From Alphaproteobacteria bacterium (lineage in GTDB: Bacteria; Pseudomonadota; Alphaproteobacteria; UBA828), in contig CBDEFM010000002.1 of the NCBI GenBank assembly GCA_965237415.1, positions 2,592,001 through 2,656,000 of the forward strand: a stretch of DNA of 64,000 nt, written 5' to 3'. How positions within the stretch are numbered: position 1 is the first letter of the stretch; the number at the start of each line of letters is the position of its first letter. Positions 1-10,618 of the stretch are shown in pieces. A program made the position numbers and the translations under genes. The notes beneath the pieces were generated by a model, which saw nothing but the letters and a program-made list of their open reading frames with translations, was not told the DNA's origin and ran no database searches.

Positions 1-667
1 CGATATGCCGCACGATAGAAAGGTCGTGGGTGATCAGCAGCATCGCCATGCCGAGGCGGCGTTGCAGCTCGCCGAGCAGCTTGAGGATTTGCGCCTGAAC
101 CGTCACGTCCAGCGCCGTGGTGGGCTCGTCGGCGATCAGCAGGTCGGGCTCGCAGGCGAGCGCCATGGCGATCATCACGCGCTGCCGCTGCCCGCCGGAA
201 AGCTCGTGAGGGAAGGCCTTGAGGCGCTTGGCGGTCTCTCCGAGCGCCACCATCTCCAGCAGCTCCTGCGCGCGGATGAGCGCGCTGCGCTTGGGGAGGC
301 CCCGGTGCAGCGTCAGCACCTCGGCAACCTGGCGGCCGATGGTGTGGAGCGGATTGAGGGAGGTCATCGGCTCCTGGAAGATCATCGAGACCCGGTCGCC
401 ACGAATCTGGCGCAGCCTGCGTGCAGAGGCGCCGATCACGTCGGTGCCGTCGACCTCGATGCTGCCGCTCGGGTGCGAGGCAACCGGATAGGGCAGGAGC
501 TGGAGGATCGAGAGCGCCGTTACCGACTTGCCCGAGCCGCTCTCGCCCACCAGCGCCATGGTCTCGCCCCGCTCGATGTCGAAGGAGACGCCGGAGACGG
601 CACGCACGGTCTCGACGGCGCTCGTGAAATCGACCGCGAGGTCGCGGATGCGGACCAGCGCGCTCAT
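1..667 (-). CDS. yejF: Peptide/microcin C ABC transporter ATP-binding subunit (runs off the left edge)
   Basis: Not in the ORF track. Manual translation from ATG at 667 gives [14 protein letters not shown]...GESGSGKS (Walker A) and later LSGGQRQR...[12 protein letters not shown]; it follows yejE. Confidence 0.9.
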   Translation of the reverse strand, partial: MSALVRIRDLAVDFTSAVETVRAVSGVSFDIERGETMALVGESGSGKSVTALSILQLLPYPVASHPSGSIEVDGTDVIGASARRLRQIRGDRVSMIFQEPMTSLNPLHTIGRQVAEVLTLHRGLPKRSALIRAQELLEMVALGETAKRLKAFPHELSGGQRQRVMIAMALACEPDLLIADEPTTALDVTVQAQILKLLGELQRRLGMAMLLITHDLSIVRHI

Positions 668-677
668 GCTCTTGCCA

Positions 678-1706
678 TCACCGGCCGACCAGCTTGCGCG
701 GGTCGAAGGCATCGCGCACGGCTTCCCCGATGAAGATGAGCAGACTCAGCATGAGGGCGAGCACCATGAAGCTCACGATGCCGAGCCACGGCGCCTGCAG
801 GTTGGCCTTGCCCTGGCGCAGGAGCTCGCCCAGCGAGGGCTCGCCCGGCGGCAGGCCGAAGCCCAGAAAATCGAGAGAGGTGAGCGACGTGATCGAGCCC
901 ACCAGGATGAAGGGCAGGAAGGTGACTGCGCTGACCATCGCATTGGGCAGCCCGTGGCGAAAGATAATCGCGAGGTTGCCGACGCCGAGCGCCCGCGCCG
1001 CGCGGATATAGTCGAAGTTGCGGACCCGCAGGAACTCGGCGCGCACCACGCCGACCAGCGCCATCCAGCTGAACAGCAGCAGGATCACCAGCAGGATCCA
1101 GAAGTTGGGCTCGATGATGCTCGACAGGATGATCAGGACGAAGAGCTGCGGCAGCCCCGACCAGACCTCGATGAAGCGTTGAAAGACGAGATCGATCCAG
1201 CCGCCGAAGAAGCCCTGCACCGCGGCGGCGGCGATGCCGATGACCGAGGCGAACACGGTGAGAATCAGGCCGAACAGGACGGAAAGGCGGAAGCCGTAGA
1301 TCACGCGGGCGAGGACGTCGCGTCCTTGGTCGTCGGAGCCGAGCCAGTTGTCGGCAGAGGGCGGCGCCGGCGCCGGCACCGGCAGGTCGTAGTTGATCGT
1401 GCGGTAGCTGTAGGGGATGAGCGGCCAGACCATCCATCCCTTCTCGTCGATCAACTCGGCGACGAAGGGGTCGCGATAGTCCGCCTCGGTCTCGAAATCG
1501 CCGCCGAACTCGGTCTCCGCATACGCGAAGAAGACGGGGAAGTAGAGCGCGCCGTCGTAGCGCATGACGAGGGGCTTGTCGTTGGCGATGAACTCCGCGA
1601 ACAGCGTGACGAGAAGCAGCGCCAGGAAAATCCAGAACGAGATGTAGCCCCGCCGGTTGGCGCGGAAATTGTAGAACCTGCGCCGGGTGATGGGGGAGAG
1701 CGCCAC
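678..1706 (-). CDS. yejE: Peptide ABC transporter permease
   Basis: Hydrophobic, with LGSDDQGRDV and the EAA-like loop YIRAARALG; operon context. Confidence 0.9.
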   Translation of the reverse strand: MALSPITRRRFYNFRANRRGYISFWIFLALLLVTLFAEFIANDKPLVMRYDGALYFPVFFAYAETEFGGDFETEADYRDPFVAELIDEKGWMVWPLIPYSYRTINYDLPVPAPAPPSADNWLGSDDQGRDVLARVIYGFRLSVLFGLILTVFASVIGIAAAAVQGFFGGWIDLVFQRFIEVWSGLPQLFVLIILSSIIEPNFWILLVILLLFSWMALVGVVRAEFLRVRNFDYIRAARALGVGNLAIIFRHGLPNAMVSAVTFLPFILVGSITSLTSLDFLGFGLPPGEPSLGELLRQGKANLQAPWLGIVSFMVLALMLSLLIFIGEAVRDAFDPRKLVGR

Positions 1707-1709
1707 CGC

Positions 1710-2819
1710 TCACACCTCGCGCGTCTCGAAGTCGATGCGGGGGTCGATGATGACGTACATGAGATCGCCGATCAGATTCACGACGAGGCCGAGCAGCGTG
1801 AAGAAGAAGAGCGTGCCGAAGATGATCGGATAGTCCCGCTTGAGCAGCGATTCGAATCCGAGCAGGCCGAGCCCGTCGAGCGAGAAGATGACCTCGATCA
1901 AAAGCACGCCGGTGAACAGGATGCCGATGAAGGCGCCGGGCAAACCGGCGATGATAATCAGCATCGCGTTCCGGAAGACGTGGCCATAGAGCACGCGGCG
2001 CTCGCTCAAGCCCTTGGCGCGCGCGGTGATGACGTAGTGCTGGCTGATCTGATCCAGGAAGGAGTTCTTGGTCAGCATCGTGGTGGTGGCGAAGCCGCTC
2101 ACCGCCATCGCCAGGATCGGCAGCGCAAGGTGCCAGAAATAGTCCTCGATTTGGCCGAGCAGAGAGAGCTCGGAGAAGTCGTTCGAGACCAGCCCACGTA
2201 GCGGGAACCAGTCGATATAGCTGCCGCCGGCGAAGAGCACGATCAAGAGGATTGCGAAGATGAAATTAGGGATCGCGTAGCCGACGATGATGACGCCGCT
2301 GGTCCAGACGTCGAAGCGCTGGCCATCGCGCACCGCCTTGGCGATGCCGAGCGGGATCGAGATCAGATAGGCGAGCAGCGTCGTCCAGAGCCCGAGCGAG
2401 ATCGAGACCGGCAGCTTGTCGAGGACCAGATCGACGACGCGATCGTCGCGGAAGAAGCTCAACCCGAAATCGAAGCGCACATACTGGCCCATCATGTGGA
2501 GGAAGCGCTCCAACGGCGGCTTGTCGAAGCCGTATTCCTTCTCCAGCCTCTCGATCAGTTCGGGGTCGAGGCCGCGGGCGCCGCGGTACTTGCTCGTGCC
2601 GGCCTGCTGGGAAACATCGAACTGACCCTCGGTGCCCACCTCGCCGGCGCCGGCGCCGGAAATGCGCGCCGTAGCGCCCACGGCGCTGCCGGTGAGCTCC
2701 GCGATCGCCTGCTCGACCGGCCCGCCGGGCGCGATCTGGATGATCGCGAAATTGATCACCATGATCGCGAAAAGCGTCGGGATGATCAGCAGCAGGCGGC
2801 GGACGATATAGGCGAACAT
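1710..2819 (-). CDS. yejB: Peptide ABC transporter permease
   Basis: [30 protein letters not shown] and the DPRIDFE end typical of YejB. Confidence 0.92.
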   Translation of the reverse strand: MFAYIVRRLLLIIPTLFAIMVINFAIIQIAPGGPVEQAIAELTGSAVGATARISGAGAGEVGTEGQFDVSQQAGTSKYRGARGLDPELIERLEKEYGFDKPPLERFLHMMGQYVRFDFGLSFFRDDRVVDLVLDKLPVSISLGLWTTLLAYLISIPLGIAKAVRDGQRFDVWTSGVIIVGYAIPNFIFAILLIVLFAGGSYIDWFPLRGLVSNDFSELSLLGQIEDYFWHLALPILAMAVSGFATTTMLTKNSFLDQISQHYVITARAKGLSERRVLYGHVFRNAMLIIIAGLPGAFIGILFTGVLLIEVIFSLDGLGLLGFESLLKRDYPIIFGTLFFFTLLGLVVNLIGDLMYVIIDPRIDFETREV

Positions 2820-2924
2820 GGCTGTCGCGTCGCGTGCGGTGCTAGCTGGAGCCCTGACGCTCCATCAGCACTCCCTCTCCAACGGGATCGGCCCGGCATC
2901 GCAGCCGGAGGGCGCCCCCGCCCC

Positions 2925-4784
2925 TCACGACGCGCCTTCGCGGTAGGCCCTCAAGGCGTCGTCCTTCTCCCGATCGACCCACCAGGTATCGATGACCCCC
3001 CGGGCGTAGCGGGGCTTGAGAGCGGGCCGGCCGAACTTGTCCCAATAGACGAGGTGGTGCGCGCCCTTGTACCACTGGGGGATCATGTAGTGGCCCCAGA
3101 GCAGCACCCGGTCGAGCGCACGGGCGGCGGCCACGAGAGTGGCCCGGTCGGTGGCGCCGACAACCTCGGCAATCAACGCATCGACGACCGGATCCTTGAT
3201 CCCGGCGGCGTTGGACGAGCCCACCTGATCGGCGGTAGCGGTCGCGAAATTGGCGTTGAGTTCGGCGCCCGGCGAGAGGTTGAACACGAAGCGGAGCGTC
3301 GTGATCTCGAAGTCGTGCGACTTCATGCGCTCTTCGTAGCTCGCGGAATCGACGAGCCTGAGCGTGACGCCCACGCCGAGCCGCTCCAGGCTGCGGGCGA
3401 AGACCGCATAGATCCGCTCGAAGGTGGGCTCGAAATAGAGGAACTCGATCGTCATCGGTTCGCCGGTCGCCTCGTTGACGAGCGCGCCGTCTCGCGTGAT
3501 CCAGCCAGCTTCCCTGAGAAGCGCCTGCGCGGTCCGCAGGTTTTGCCGGTTGTTGCCCGAGCCATCGGTGCTCGGCGGCGCGAATTCGGTGGTAAAGACC
3601 TCCTCGGGCACGGCGCCGCGATAGGGCTCGAGGATGGCGAGCTCGGCTTCTGACGGCAGGCCGCGCGCAGCCAGGTCGGAGTTCTCGAAGTAGCTCGCCA
3701 TGCGATCGTAGATCCCGAAGAACTGGTTCTTGTTGAGCCACCCGAAGTCGAAGACGTAGGAGAGCGCCTCGCGTACGCGGCGGTACTGGAACTTGGGCAG
3801 TCGCGTGTTGATGAAGAAGGCCTGCACGCCCGAGGGCGTGTTGTCGGGCAGCACGTCCTTGACGAGCCATCCTTCCTCGACCGCCGGGATGTCGTATTGC
3901 GTCGCCCAGACCTTCGAGGTGAACTCCTCGTGAAAGTCGTACTCACCGGCCTTCAGCGCTTCCACCAACACCGTGCGGTCGCGGTAATAGTCGATGGCAA
4001 TCGTTTCGAAATTGTAGCGGCCGGTCATGACCGGCAGCGCGGTCCCCCAATAGTCCGCGACGCGCTCGAAGGAGATGGAGCGGCCTGCATCGACTTTCCC
4101 CACCCGGTAAGGCCCGCTGCCGAGCGGCGGTTCCAACGTCGTCTTGCCGAAGGACCGGCCCCGGAAATACGCCTCGGAGACGATCGGCATGCCCCCTACG
4201 ATGAGCGGCAGCTTGCGATTGTCGGGATCGACGAGGTGGAAGGCCACCTCACGATCCCCGACGGTCTCGACCCGGTCGACGCCGGCGAGCTGGGTGGCGA
4301 AGCTTGGCGCGCCCTCGGTCGTCAGAATCTCAAACGAGAACGCCACATCGGCGGCCGTGACCGGCGTGCCATCGTGCCAGCGCGCCTCCGGCCGCAGGAG
4401 GAAGCGCACAGACCGCCGGTCGGGGGCGAGCGCGACCTCGGCGGCGACCAGCCCGTATGCCGCGTCCGGCTCATCCGCCGCGCCTTCGAGCAGGCTCTCG
4501 AAGGGGAAGCCCGCGCCCGCCGCGCTCACACCCTTCAACGTGAAAGGATTGAGCGTGCTGAAGGTGCCGACCGTGGCCAAGTACAGCATACCGCCCTTCG
4601 GCGCATTCGGCTCGACATAGTCGAAGTGTGCAAAATCGGGGCCGTACTTCAGGTCTCCGAAGAGCGAGAGCCCATGGACCGTCTCTTGCGCCGCCGCGGG
4701 CCCGATCACGGGCGAGAATGATGCCATCGACGACGCGGCGGCGATGGCAGAGGCCTGAACGAAGCGTCTTCTACTGAGTCTCAC
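2925..4784 (-). CDS. yejA: Extracellular solute-binding protein, family 5, with Tat signal
   Basis: SRRRFV twin-arginine signal, HGLSLFGDLKY...FDYVEPNAPKGG and PPLGSGPY. GTG start at 4784 chosen because AGGAGGAG lies upstream. Confidence 0.9.
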   Translation of the reverse strand: MRLSRRRFVQASAIAAASSMASFSPVIGPAAAQETVHGLSLFGDLKYGPDFAHFDYVEPNAPKGGMLYLATVGTFSTLNPFTLKGVSAAGAGFPFESLLEGAADEPDAAYGLVAAEVALAPDRRSVRFLLRPEARWHDGTPVTAADVAFSFEILTTEGAPSFATQLAGVDRVETVGDREVAFHLVDPDNRKLPLIVGGMPIVSEAYFRGRSFGKTTLEPPLGSGPYRVGKVDAGRSISFERVADYWGTALPVMTGRYNFETIAIDYYRDRTVLVEALKAGEYDFHEEFTSKVWATQYDIPAVEEGWLVKDVLPDNTPSGVQAFFINTRLPKFQYRRVREALSYVFDFGWLNKNQFFGIYDRMASYFENSDLAARGLPSEAELAILEPYRGAVPEEVFTTEFAPPSTDGSGNNRQNLRTAQALLREAGWITRDGALVNEATGEPMTIEFLYFEPTFERIYAVFARSLERLGVGVTLRLVDSASYEERMKSHDFEITTLRFVFNLSPGAELNANFATATADQVGSSNAAGIKDPVVDALIAEVVGATDRATLVAAARALDRVLLWGHYMIPQWYKGAHHLVYWDKFGRPALKPRYARGVIDTWWVDREKDDALRAYREGAS

Positions 4785-5009
4785 CGGTCCATCTCCTCCT
4801 GACGTCGGCGGCGGGTCCCTGTGCCTTGCGCGCACTACCGGCGGGCATCGTCATGCCAGGCAAACAGGGCATAGCATGAGTCGCGGCTTCCGGTATCGGC
4901 CGATCACAACATCGTGTCGTTTGGTTGTCGGGCGGACGCGAGCCCTCGATTCCCCGGCCGGCTGCCGGACGGCTGGACTCGCGGCGAGCGCGCGCTTCAT
5001 ACTCGCGGC

Positions 5010-5576
5010 ATGGGGCGCTATCCGACCAGCGGCGGCCCGATCGCGCGCAGGGTGCCCGAGGGCGACGACAGGCCGCGCTTGGTCTGCGACGCGTGCGGCT
5101 TCATCTGTTACGAAAACCCGAAGATTGTCGTGGGCTCGGTCACGACGTGGGAGGGGCGCATCCTCCTCTGCCGCCGGGCAATCGAGCCGCAGGCAGGCTT
5201 TTGGACCCTGCCCGCGGGCTTCCTGGAGCTGCACGAAGATCCCGCGCACGGCGCCCGCCGGGAGGCGGAGGAGGAAGCCGGCGCCGAGATCGTGATCGAC
5301 GCGTTGCTCGCGGTCTACACGATTCCCCGAATCAGCCTGGTGCAGCTCTTCTACCGGGCGCACCTCGCGCAGCCCGAGATTGCACCGGGGGTCGAGAGCC
5401 TGGAGGTCGGGCTCTTCCGGCCGGATGAGATTCCTTGGGACTCGCTCGCGTTCCCGTCGGTGACATGGGCGCTTCGCCACAATGCCGAAGCGCCGGACGG
5501 CGGCGACTTCGCGCCCTTCACCAATCCCGTCGGCGACGTCGGCGACTATCGGCCGGGCATCCCCGCACGCCGCTGA
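5010..5576 (+). CDS. Nudix hydrolase with N-terminal zinc ribbon
   Basis: CDACGFICYENP followed by the Nudix box GFLELHEDPAHGARREAEEEAG. Confidence 0.88.
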   Translation: MGRYPTSGGPIARRVPEGDDRPRLVCDACGFICYENPKIVVGSVTTWEGRILLCRRAIEPQAGFWTLPAGFLELHEDPAHGARREAEEEAGAEIVIDALLAVYTIPRISLVQLFYRAHLAQPEIAPGVESLEVGLFRPDEIPWDSLAFPSVTWALRHNAEAPDGGDFAPFTNPVGDVGDYRPGIPARR

Positions 5577-5697
5577 ATTCAGCTTGAGCGAGACCGTCCT
5601 CGGCGGGCTCGCGACAGGCCGCGACCGCGGCCCGCCGCCCCTGCGGCGCCCTCGCGGAGGCGCCGGCTCCAGGCCGGACGCCGTAAGCGACAAATTT

Positions 5698-6639
5698 CTA
5701 TTCGTCGAGCCCCATCAGGGCGGTGGCGAAGGCGCGGGCCTCGAAGGGGCGCAGGTCGTCGATCCCTTCGCCGATGCCGAGTGCGATGACCGGCAGGCCG
5801 AAACGCTGTGCCAGCGCCACCAGAATGCCACCCTTCGCCGTGCCGTCGAGCTTCGTCATCACCAGGCCGTCGACGGCGATGGCCTCGCGAAAGACATCGA
5901 CCTGGTTGAGCGCGTTCTGGCCCGTGGTCGCGTCGAGCACGAGGAGCCGGCTGTGCGGCGCGCGCGGGTCGAGCTTCTTGAGCACGCGGTCGATCTTCTG
6001 CAGCTCGGCCATGAGGTGCGCCTTGTTCTGCAGCCGGCCGGCGGTGTCGATGAGGAGCACGTCGATCCCCTCTGCCCTGGCGCGTTCCAGCGCATCGAAG
6101 GCGAGACCGGCGGGGTCGCCGCCGTCCGGGCGCGCGACCACCGGCGCTCCGGCACGCTCGCCCCAGATCGTGAGCTGCTCCACGGCGGCTGCGCGGAAGG
6201 TATCGCCCGCGACCAGCATGACGCGCTTGCCTTCAGCGTTGAAGCGTTGGGCGAGCTTGCCGATGGTGGTGGTCTTGCCCGTGCCGTTGACGCCAGCCAC
6301 CAGGATCACGTGGGGCTTCGCGTCGTCGTCGATCGCGAGCGCGCCCTCGACCGGTGCGAGAAGATCGGCGATCTGATCGGCGAGTGCGCGCCGCACCTCG
6401 ATGGCGGTCACTTCCGCGCCGAAGCGCTGCTGAGCGAGTGCTGCCGTAAGCTCGGCTGCGGTCGCCGCGCCGAGATCGCCGGCGATAAGAAGCTCTTCCA
6501 GTTCCTCGAGCGCCGCTTCGTCCAGACGGCGGCCGGTGAAGATGGCCCCGATGCCGCTGGTGAGGCTGTTCGAGGTCCGCCGAAGCCCTGCCTTGAGACG
6601 CGCCAGCAGGCCACGCCCGCCGCCGCCTTCGCGTGCCAT
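5698..6639 (-). CDS. ftsY: SRP receptor GTPase FtsY
   Basis: GVNGTGKTTT, DTFRAAA, DTAGRLQ, TKLDGTAKGG. Confidence 0.96.
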   Translation of the reverse strand: MAREGGGGRGLLARLKAGLRRTSNSLTSGIGAIFTGRRLDEAALEELEELLIAGDLGAATAAELTAALAQQRFGAEVTAIEVRRALADQIADLLAPVEGALAIDDDAKPHVILVAGVNGTGKTTTIGKLAQRFNAEGKRVMLVAGDTFRAAAVEQLTIWGERAGAPVVARPDGGDPAGLAFDALERARAEGIDVLLIDTAGRLQNKAHLMAELQKIDRVLKKLDPRAPHSRLLVLDATTGQNALNQVDVFREAIAVDGLVMTKLDGTAKGGILVALAQRFGLPVIALGIGEGIDDLRPFEARAFATALMGLDE

Positions 6640-7886
6640 CAGGCGACAGTCCCGATCAGGCGGTCGCCTGTCGCTCCGGTAATCCGCGCGCGCACCAGTT
6701 CGCCCGGCGATCCCGCCGGACGGTCGAATGCGACTTCGGCAAAGCACTCGTCGCGCCCGCTCTCGGCCTTCTCCAGCAGCACCTGGCTCTCCCGGCCGAC
6801 GCGCCCTTCCAGGAAACGCCGGCGCGGGCCTTCCACGGCAGCGCGCAAGGCCGCCGCGCGGGTGCGGCGCTCAGCAACGGGTACCTGAGGCATGCGCGCC
6901 GCCGGCGTGCCCGGGCGGGGCGAATAGGGGAAGACGTGGAGCCAGATCAGCCCGGCCTCTTCGATCAGGCGGCGCGTGTTCTCGAACATCTCCTGGGTCT
7001 CGGTCGGAAAGCCCGCGATCAGGTCGGCGCCGAAGGCGATGCCCGGCCTGAGCGCGCGCAGCCGGTCACAGAGCGCCAGCACGTCGGCGCGGCTGTGGCG
7101 GCGCTTCATCCGCTTGAGCACCAGATCGTCGCCGGCCTGCACGCTCAGGTGCAGGTGCGGCATCAGCCGCGGCTCCTCGGCGAAGAGCTTCTCCAGTGCG
7201 GGGTCGATCTCCACCGGGTCGATGGAGGAGAGCCTGAGCCGCGGCAGCTCCGGCACCGCCTGGAGCAGGCGGCGCACCGCCTCGCCCAGCCGCGGCCGGC
7301 CCGGCAGGTCGGCGCCGTAATGGCCGAGATCCACACCGCTCAGCACCACCTCGCGGTGGCCGTTGGCAACCAAGGCCCGCACCTCGGCCGCGATGGCGCC
7401 GAGCGGTACGCTCCGGCTCGGACCCCGGGCGAAGGGAATGATGCAGAAGGTGCAGCGGTGATCGCAGCCGTTTTGGACCTGAACGAAGGCCCGCGCGCGG
7501 GCTTCGTAGCCTGCGATCAGATGGCCCGCGGTCTCACGCACCGCCATGATGTCGCCGACCGCGATGCGTTCGTCTGTGTCCGGCGCCAAACCCTCGAGGG
7601 TGAGCTTTTCGCGGTTGCCGATGACCCGGTCGACCTCCGGCATCGCGGCATAGCCCGCCGGGTCGAGCTGGGCGGCGCAACCGGTGGCGACGATTGTCGC
7701 ATTGGGGTTCCGCCGTCGTGCCCGCCGGATCGCCTGGCGCGCCTGGCGCTCGGCCTCGCCCGTGACCGCACAGGTGTTGACGATGACGCCCTCGGTGAGA
7801 CCCGCGGCGCGGGCGCGGGCGCGAATGACCTCCGACTCATAGGCGTTGAGCCGGCAGCCGAAGGTGATGACTTCGAGCCCGCTCAT
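6639..7886 (-). CDS. mtaB: tRNA t6A37 methylthiotransferase (radical SAM)
   Basis: TFGCRLNAYES, NTCAVT and the CxxxCxxC motif CDHRCTFC; conserved dapF-mtaB-ftsY order. Confidence 0.93.
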   Translation of the reverse strand: MSGLEVITFGCRLNAYESEVIRARARAAGLTEGVIVNTCAVTGEAERQARQAIRRARRRNPNATIVATGCAAQLDPAGYAAMPEVDRVIGNREKLTLEGLAPDTDERIAVGDIMAVRETAGHLIAGYEARARAFVQVQNGCDHRCTFCIIPFARGPSRSVPLGAIAAEVRALVANGHREVVLSGVDLGHYGADLPGRPRLGEAVRRLLQAVPELPRLRLSSIDPVEIDPALEKLFAEEPRLMPHLHLSVQAGDDLVLKRMKRRHSRADVLALCDRLRALRPGIAFGADLIAGFPTETQEMFENTRRLIEEAGLIWLHVFPYSPRPGTPAARMPQVPVAERRTRAAALRAAVEGPRRRFLEGRVGRESQVLLEKAESGRDECFAEVAFDRPAGSPGELVRARITGATGDRLIGTVA

Positions 7887-8704
7887 CCCGGCAGCACGCC
7901 CGTGAAGCTTGCAGCGGTGGGGCCGGTCATCTCGACATGGCCGTCCTCGCGCCAAAGGATCCCCAACTCGCCGCCGTCGAGGACGACCGTGACACTGCGT
8001 CCGGTGAGCCCTCGCCGCGCGCCGGCGACCGCCGCGGCGCAGGCGCCCGTGCCGCACGCTTGGGTGAGGCCCGCGCCGCGCTCCCACACCCGGAGACGCA
8101 GGCAGTCATCGGCGAGCCGCTGGGCAACGCCAATATTCGCGTGCTCGGGGAAGAGCGGATCGGTCTCGAGGCCGGGTCCGAGCGCCTCCAGGGGCACGGC
8201 GTCAACGTCGTCCACGAAGAACACCGCGTGCGGGTTGCCCATGTTGACCGCCACGGCGTCGCCGAGTGGCCCGGCGCCCACGGCGACATGGAGCGTGTCG
8301 GCTGCGCGGGCCAGGGGAATATCGCGCCAATCGAGCCGCGCCGGCCCCATATCGACGCGCACCTGCCCCCCGCCCGCCTCTTGGGCGGTGAGCCGGCCGG
8401 CGTCGGTCTCCAGAATCATGCTGGTCTGCTCGGTCTCGTCCAGCAGCAACCGGGCCGCGCAGCGGGTGCCGTTGCCGCAGGCTGCGACCTCGCCGCCGTC
8501 CTGGTTCCAGAATCTGAGATAGGCGTCCGTCCCGCCGTTGCGCGGCGGCTCCACGACGATCACCTGATCGCAGCCGACGCCGGTTCGCCTGTCGGCAATG
8601 GCGCGCACGCGCGCGCCATCAAGCGCGAGCGGCGCGCCGCGCGCATCGAACACGACGAAGTCGTTGCCGAGCCCATGCATCTTGGCGAAGGGAAGTCCCG
8701 TCAT
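7883..8704 (-). CDS. dapF: Diaminopimelate epimerase
   Basis: KMHGLGNDF, CGNGTRC, NMGNPH, ERGAGLTQACGTG. Confidence 0.96.
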   Translation of the reverse strand: MTGLPFAKMHGLGNDFVVFDARGAPLALDGARVRAIADRRTGVGCDQVIVVEPPRNGGTDAYLRFWNQDGGEVAACGNGTRCAARLLLDETEQTSMILETDAGRLTAQEAGGGQVRVDMGPARLDWRDIPLARAADTLHVAVGAGPLGDAVAVNMGNPHAVFFVDDVDAVPLEALGPGLETDPLFPEHANIGVAQRLADDCLRLRVWERGAGLTQACGTGACAAAVAGARRGLTGRSVTVVLDGGELGILWREDGHVEMTGPTAASFTGVLPG

Positions 8705-8884
8705 GGGCGGGGTTATAGCCCGGAATTCTCACCCGGGTCATGGTCTGCGCGGCGCTTTCCAATCGATTGGGCAAGAAAGCCATGCGGGCTCGCGGCCCTA
8801 GTCCCGATCAAACGTTTGTTTACTTTTCGGCGTCCGGTTAGGATCGCCGGCATCGGTAGGGGCTGTCGGCGAGGACGAGGAGCC

Positions 8885-9979
8885 ATGAGCGAGATCAAGT
8901 TCGGAACGGTCATTTCGGCGGTCGGCGAGCCCGACGCGACGGACGCGGAGCAATACGTCGAAGCGCTGGTGGACGCGGATCACGTCGCCCGGCTCGGCTA
9001 CGACGCGTTCTGGGTGATCGAACACCACTTCTCGGATTATTTTCCGACGCCGAGCCCGCTGGTGATGCTCTCCCATCTCGCCGGGCGCCATCCCGACATG
9101 GACCTCGGGACCTGCGTCTTGGTTCTACCCTGGTACAGCCCGCTCAGGCTCGCAGGCGAGATCGCGATGCTGAGCCAGCTCAGCCGGGGCACGCTCCACT
9201 TCGGCTTCGGGCGCGGCCTTGCGCGCCTCGAATACGATGCCTTCGGCGTTTCCATGACCGAGACCCGCGCGCGCTTCCGCGAGTGCCGCGAGGTTATCGG
9301 CAAGGCGCTCGCCGGCGGGACCTTCACCTATGCGGGCGAGTTCTTCAACATCGAGCGGCCCATCGAGCTCAGGCCGAAGGCCATGCAGGAGAGGGTGAAT
9401 TTGTACGGCGCGACCAGCAGCCCAGACAGCGCCGGCATCATGGCCGAGCTCGACCTCCCCATGATCCGGGTCTCGAACTTCCCGATGCACTTCCACAGCA
9501 ACGACTTCGCCCGCTGGAATGACGAGACTCTCCGGCGGGGCGGCTCCACCGACGTCACCCGGCCGATCCTGATCCACGCGGTGCTGGCGGATACCGACGA
9601 AGATGCGGATGCCCTCGCGAAGGTCCATCTGTCGCGCTACTTCGAGAAGGTGGTCGAGCACTACGAGGTCGACGCCGACCCCTGGAAGGAGCTGGAAGAA
9701 TTCAAGGCCTTCAGCAAGTTCATGGCCACCTCCAAGAAGCTGACCAACCCGGACAATCTGGGTCCGTGGCTCGACCTCCAGCTGGTCGGCCGTGCCGAAA
9801 CCGTGTGCGAGAAGCTCCAGGCCTATGTCGATCTCGGCTTCAACCACTTCATCCTGCAGAACGCGACCTACGGCATGCCACGCGCCTATCGTCACGAGAT
9901 GTGGGAGCGCTTTGCGCGCGACGTGGTCCCCCACTTCGCCGCCCAGCCCGCGCCTGCGCGGCTCGTGTCCGGCGGTTAG
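8885..9979 (+). CDS. Luciferase-like (LLM class) flavin-dependent monooxygenase
   Basis: GYDAFWVIEHHF, PSPLVML, PLRLAGEIAML, GFGRG. The true start is ATG 8885 after GAGGAG; the ORF-track extension is antisense to dapF. Confidence 0.88.
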   Translation: MSEIKFGTVISAVGEPDATDAEQYVEALVDADHVARLGYDAFWVIEHHFSDYFPTPSPLVMLSHLAGRHPDMDLGTCVLVLPWYSPLRLAGEIAMLSQLSRGTLHFGFGRGLARLEYDAFGVSMTETRARFRECREVIGKALAGGTFTYAGEFFNIERPIELRPKAMQERVNLYGATSSPDSAGIMAELDLPMIRVSNFPMHFHSNDFARWNDETLRRGGSTDVTRPILIHAVLADTDEDADALAKVHLSRYFEKVVEHYEVDADPWKELEEFKAFSKFMATSKKLTNPDNLGPWLDLQLVGRAETVCEKLQAYVDLGFNHFILQNATYGMPRAYRHEMWERFARDVVPHFAAQPAPARLVSGG

Positions 9980-10008
9980 AGCCTGATCCTGAGAGGCGGG
10001 ACGTTGCT

Positions 10009-10299
10009 CTAGATGTGTCGGGCAACGTCCATGCGCCGGTGCAGGATGCGCATGATCTCAAGCGTACCCGATCGCTCGCGGAAGTACATGACATGCGAGC
10101 CCACGCCGATCTTGCGGTATCCGGGACGGATATCTTCGGCCGATAGACCGACCAAGGTGCCGTCGCTCAGCGCTTCGCACGCCGCCTGAATGTCTCGCGT
10201 GTAGCGCTCGGCTTGAACCTCGCCCCAACGTCTGGCCGTGTAGTCCCAGATTTCCGCCAGATCAGCCTGAGCTGCCGGCGACAGCGCATAACCGGCCAT
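10009..10299 (-). CDS. parE: ParE/RelE-family type II toxin
   Basis: YALSPAAQADLAEIWDYTARRWGEVQAERY...GSHVMYF...RILHRRMD. Confidence 0.9.
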   Translation of the reverse strand: MAGYALSPAAQADLAEIWDYTARRWGEVQAERYTRDIQAACEALSDGTLVGLSAEDIRPGYRKIGVGSHVMYFRERSGTLEIMRILHRRMDVARHI

Positions 10300-10304
10300 G
10301 TCGC

Positions 10305-10541
10305 TCAGGTGGATTTTTTCCGCTCGATGAATGCGTCGAAATCGAACGGGATAGCAGAGCCGGATCGCTCGCCTTCGATCAGGGCTTCGCGCAGGGCCTC
10401 CACCCTGGCCTCATGCTCTTCGAGCAATCGTAATCCGGCCCGGATCACGTCGCTGGCCGAGTTGTAGCGGCCGGACGCAATGCTCTCGTCGATGAAACCC
10501 GCGAAGTGATCCCCGAGCAAGACCGAGGTATTGCGTGCCAT
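10305..10541 (-). CDS. parD: ParD-family ribbon-helix-helix antitoxin
   Basis: MARNTSVLLGDHF...SGRYNSASDVIRAGLRLLE...LIEGERSG; directly upstream of parE. Confidence 0.9.
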   Translation of the reverse strand: MARNTSVLLGDHFAGFIDESIASGRYNSASDVIRAGLRLLEEHEARVEALREALIEGERSGSAIPFDFDAFIERKKST

Positions 10542-10565
10542 GCTGATGCTCCCTTCTCGCCCAAT

Positions 10566-10582
10566 ATACCAACACTTGGTAT
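10566..10582. promoter_or_regulatory. Inverted repeat ATACCAA-N3-TTGGTAT, probable parDE autoregulatory operator
   Basis: Perfect 7-3-7 palindrome in an AT-rich patch about 25 bp upstream of the parD start. Confidence 0.55.
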
Positions 10583-10618
10583 TACCAGAACGATCCCGGG
10601 GCAAGCCCATCGCACGCA

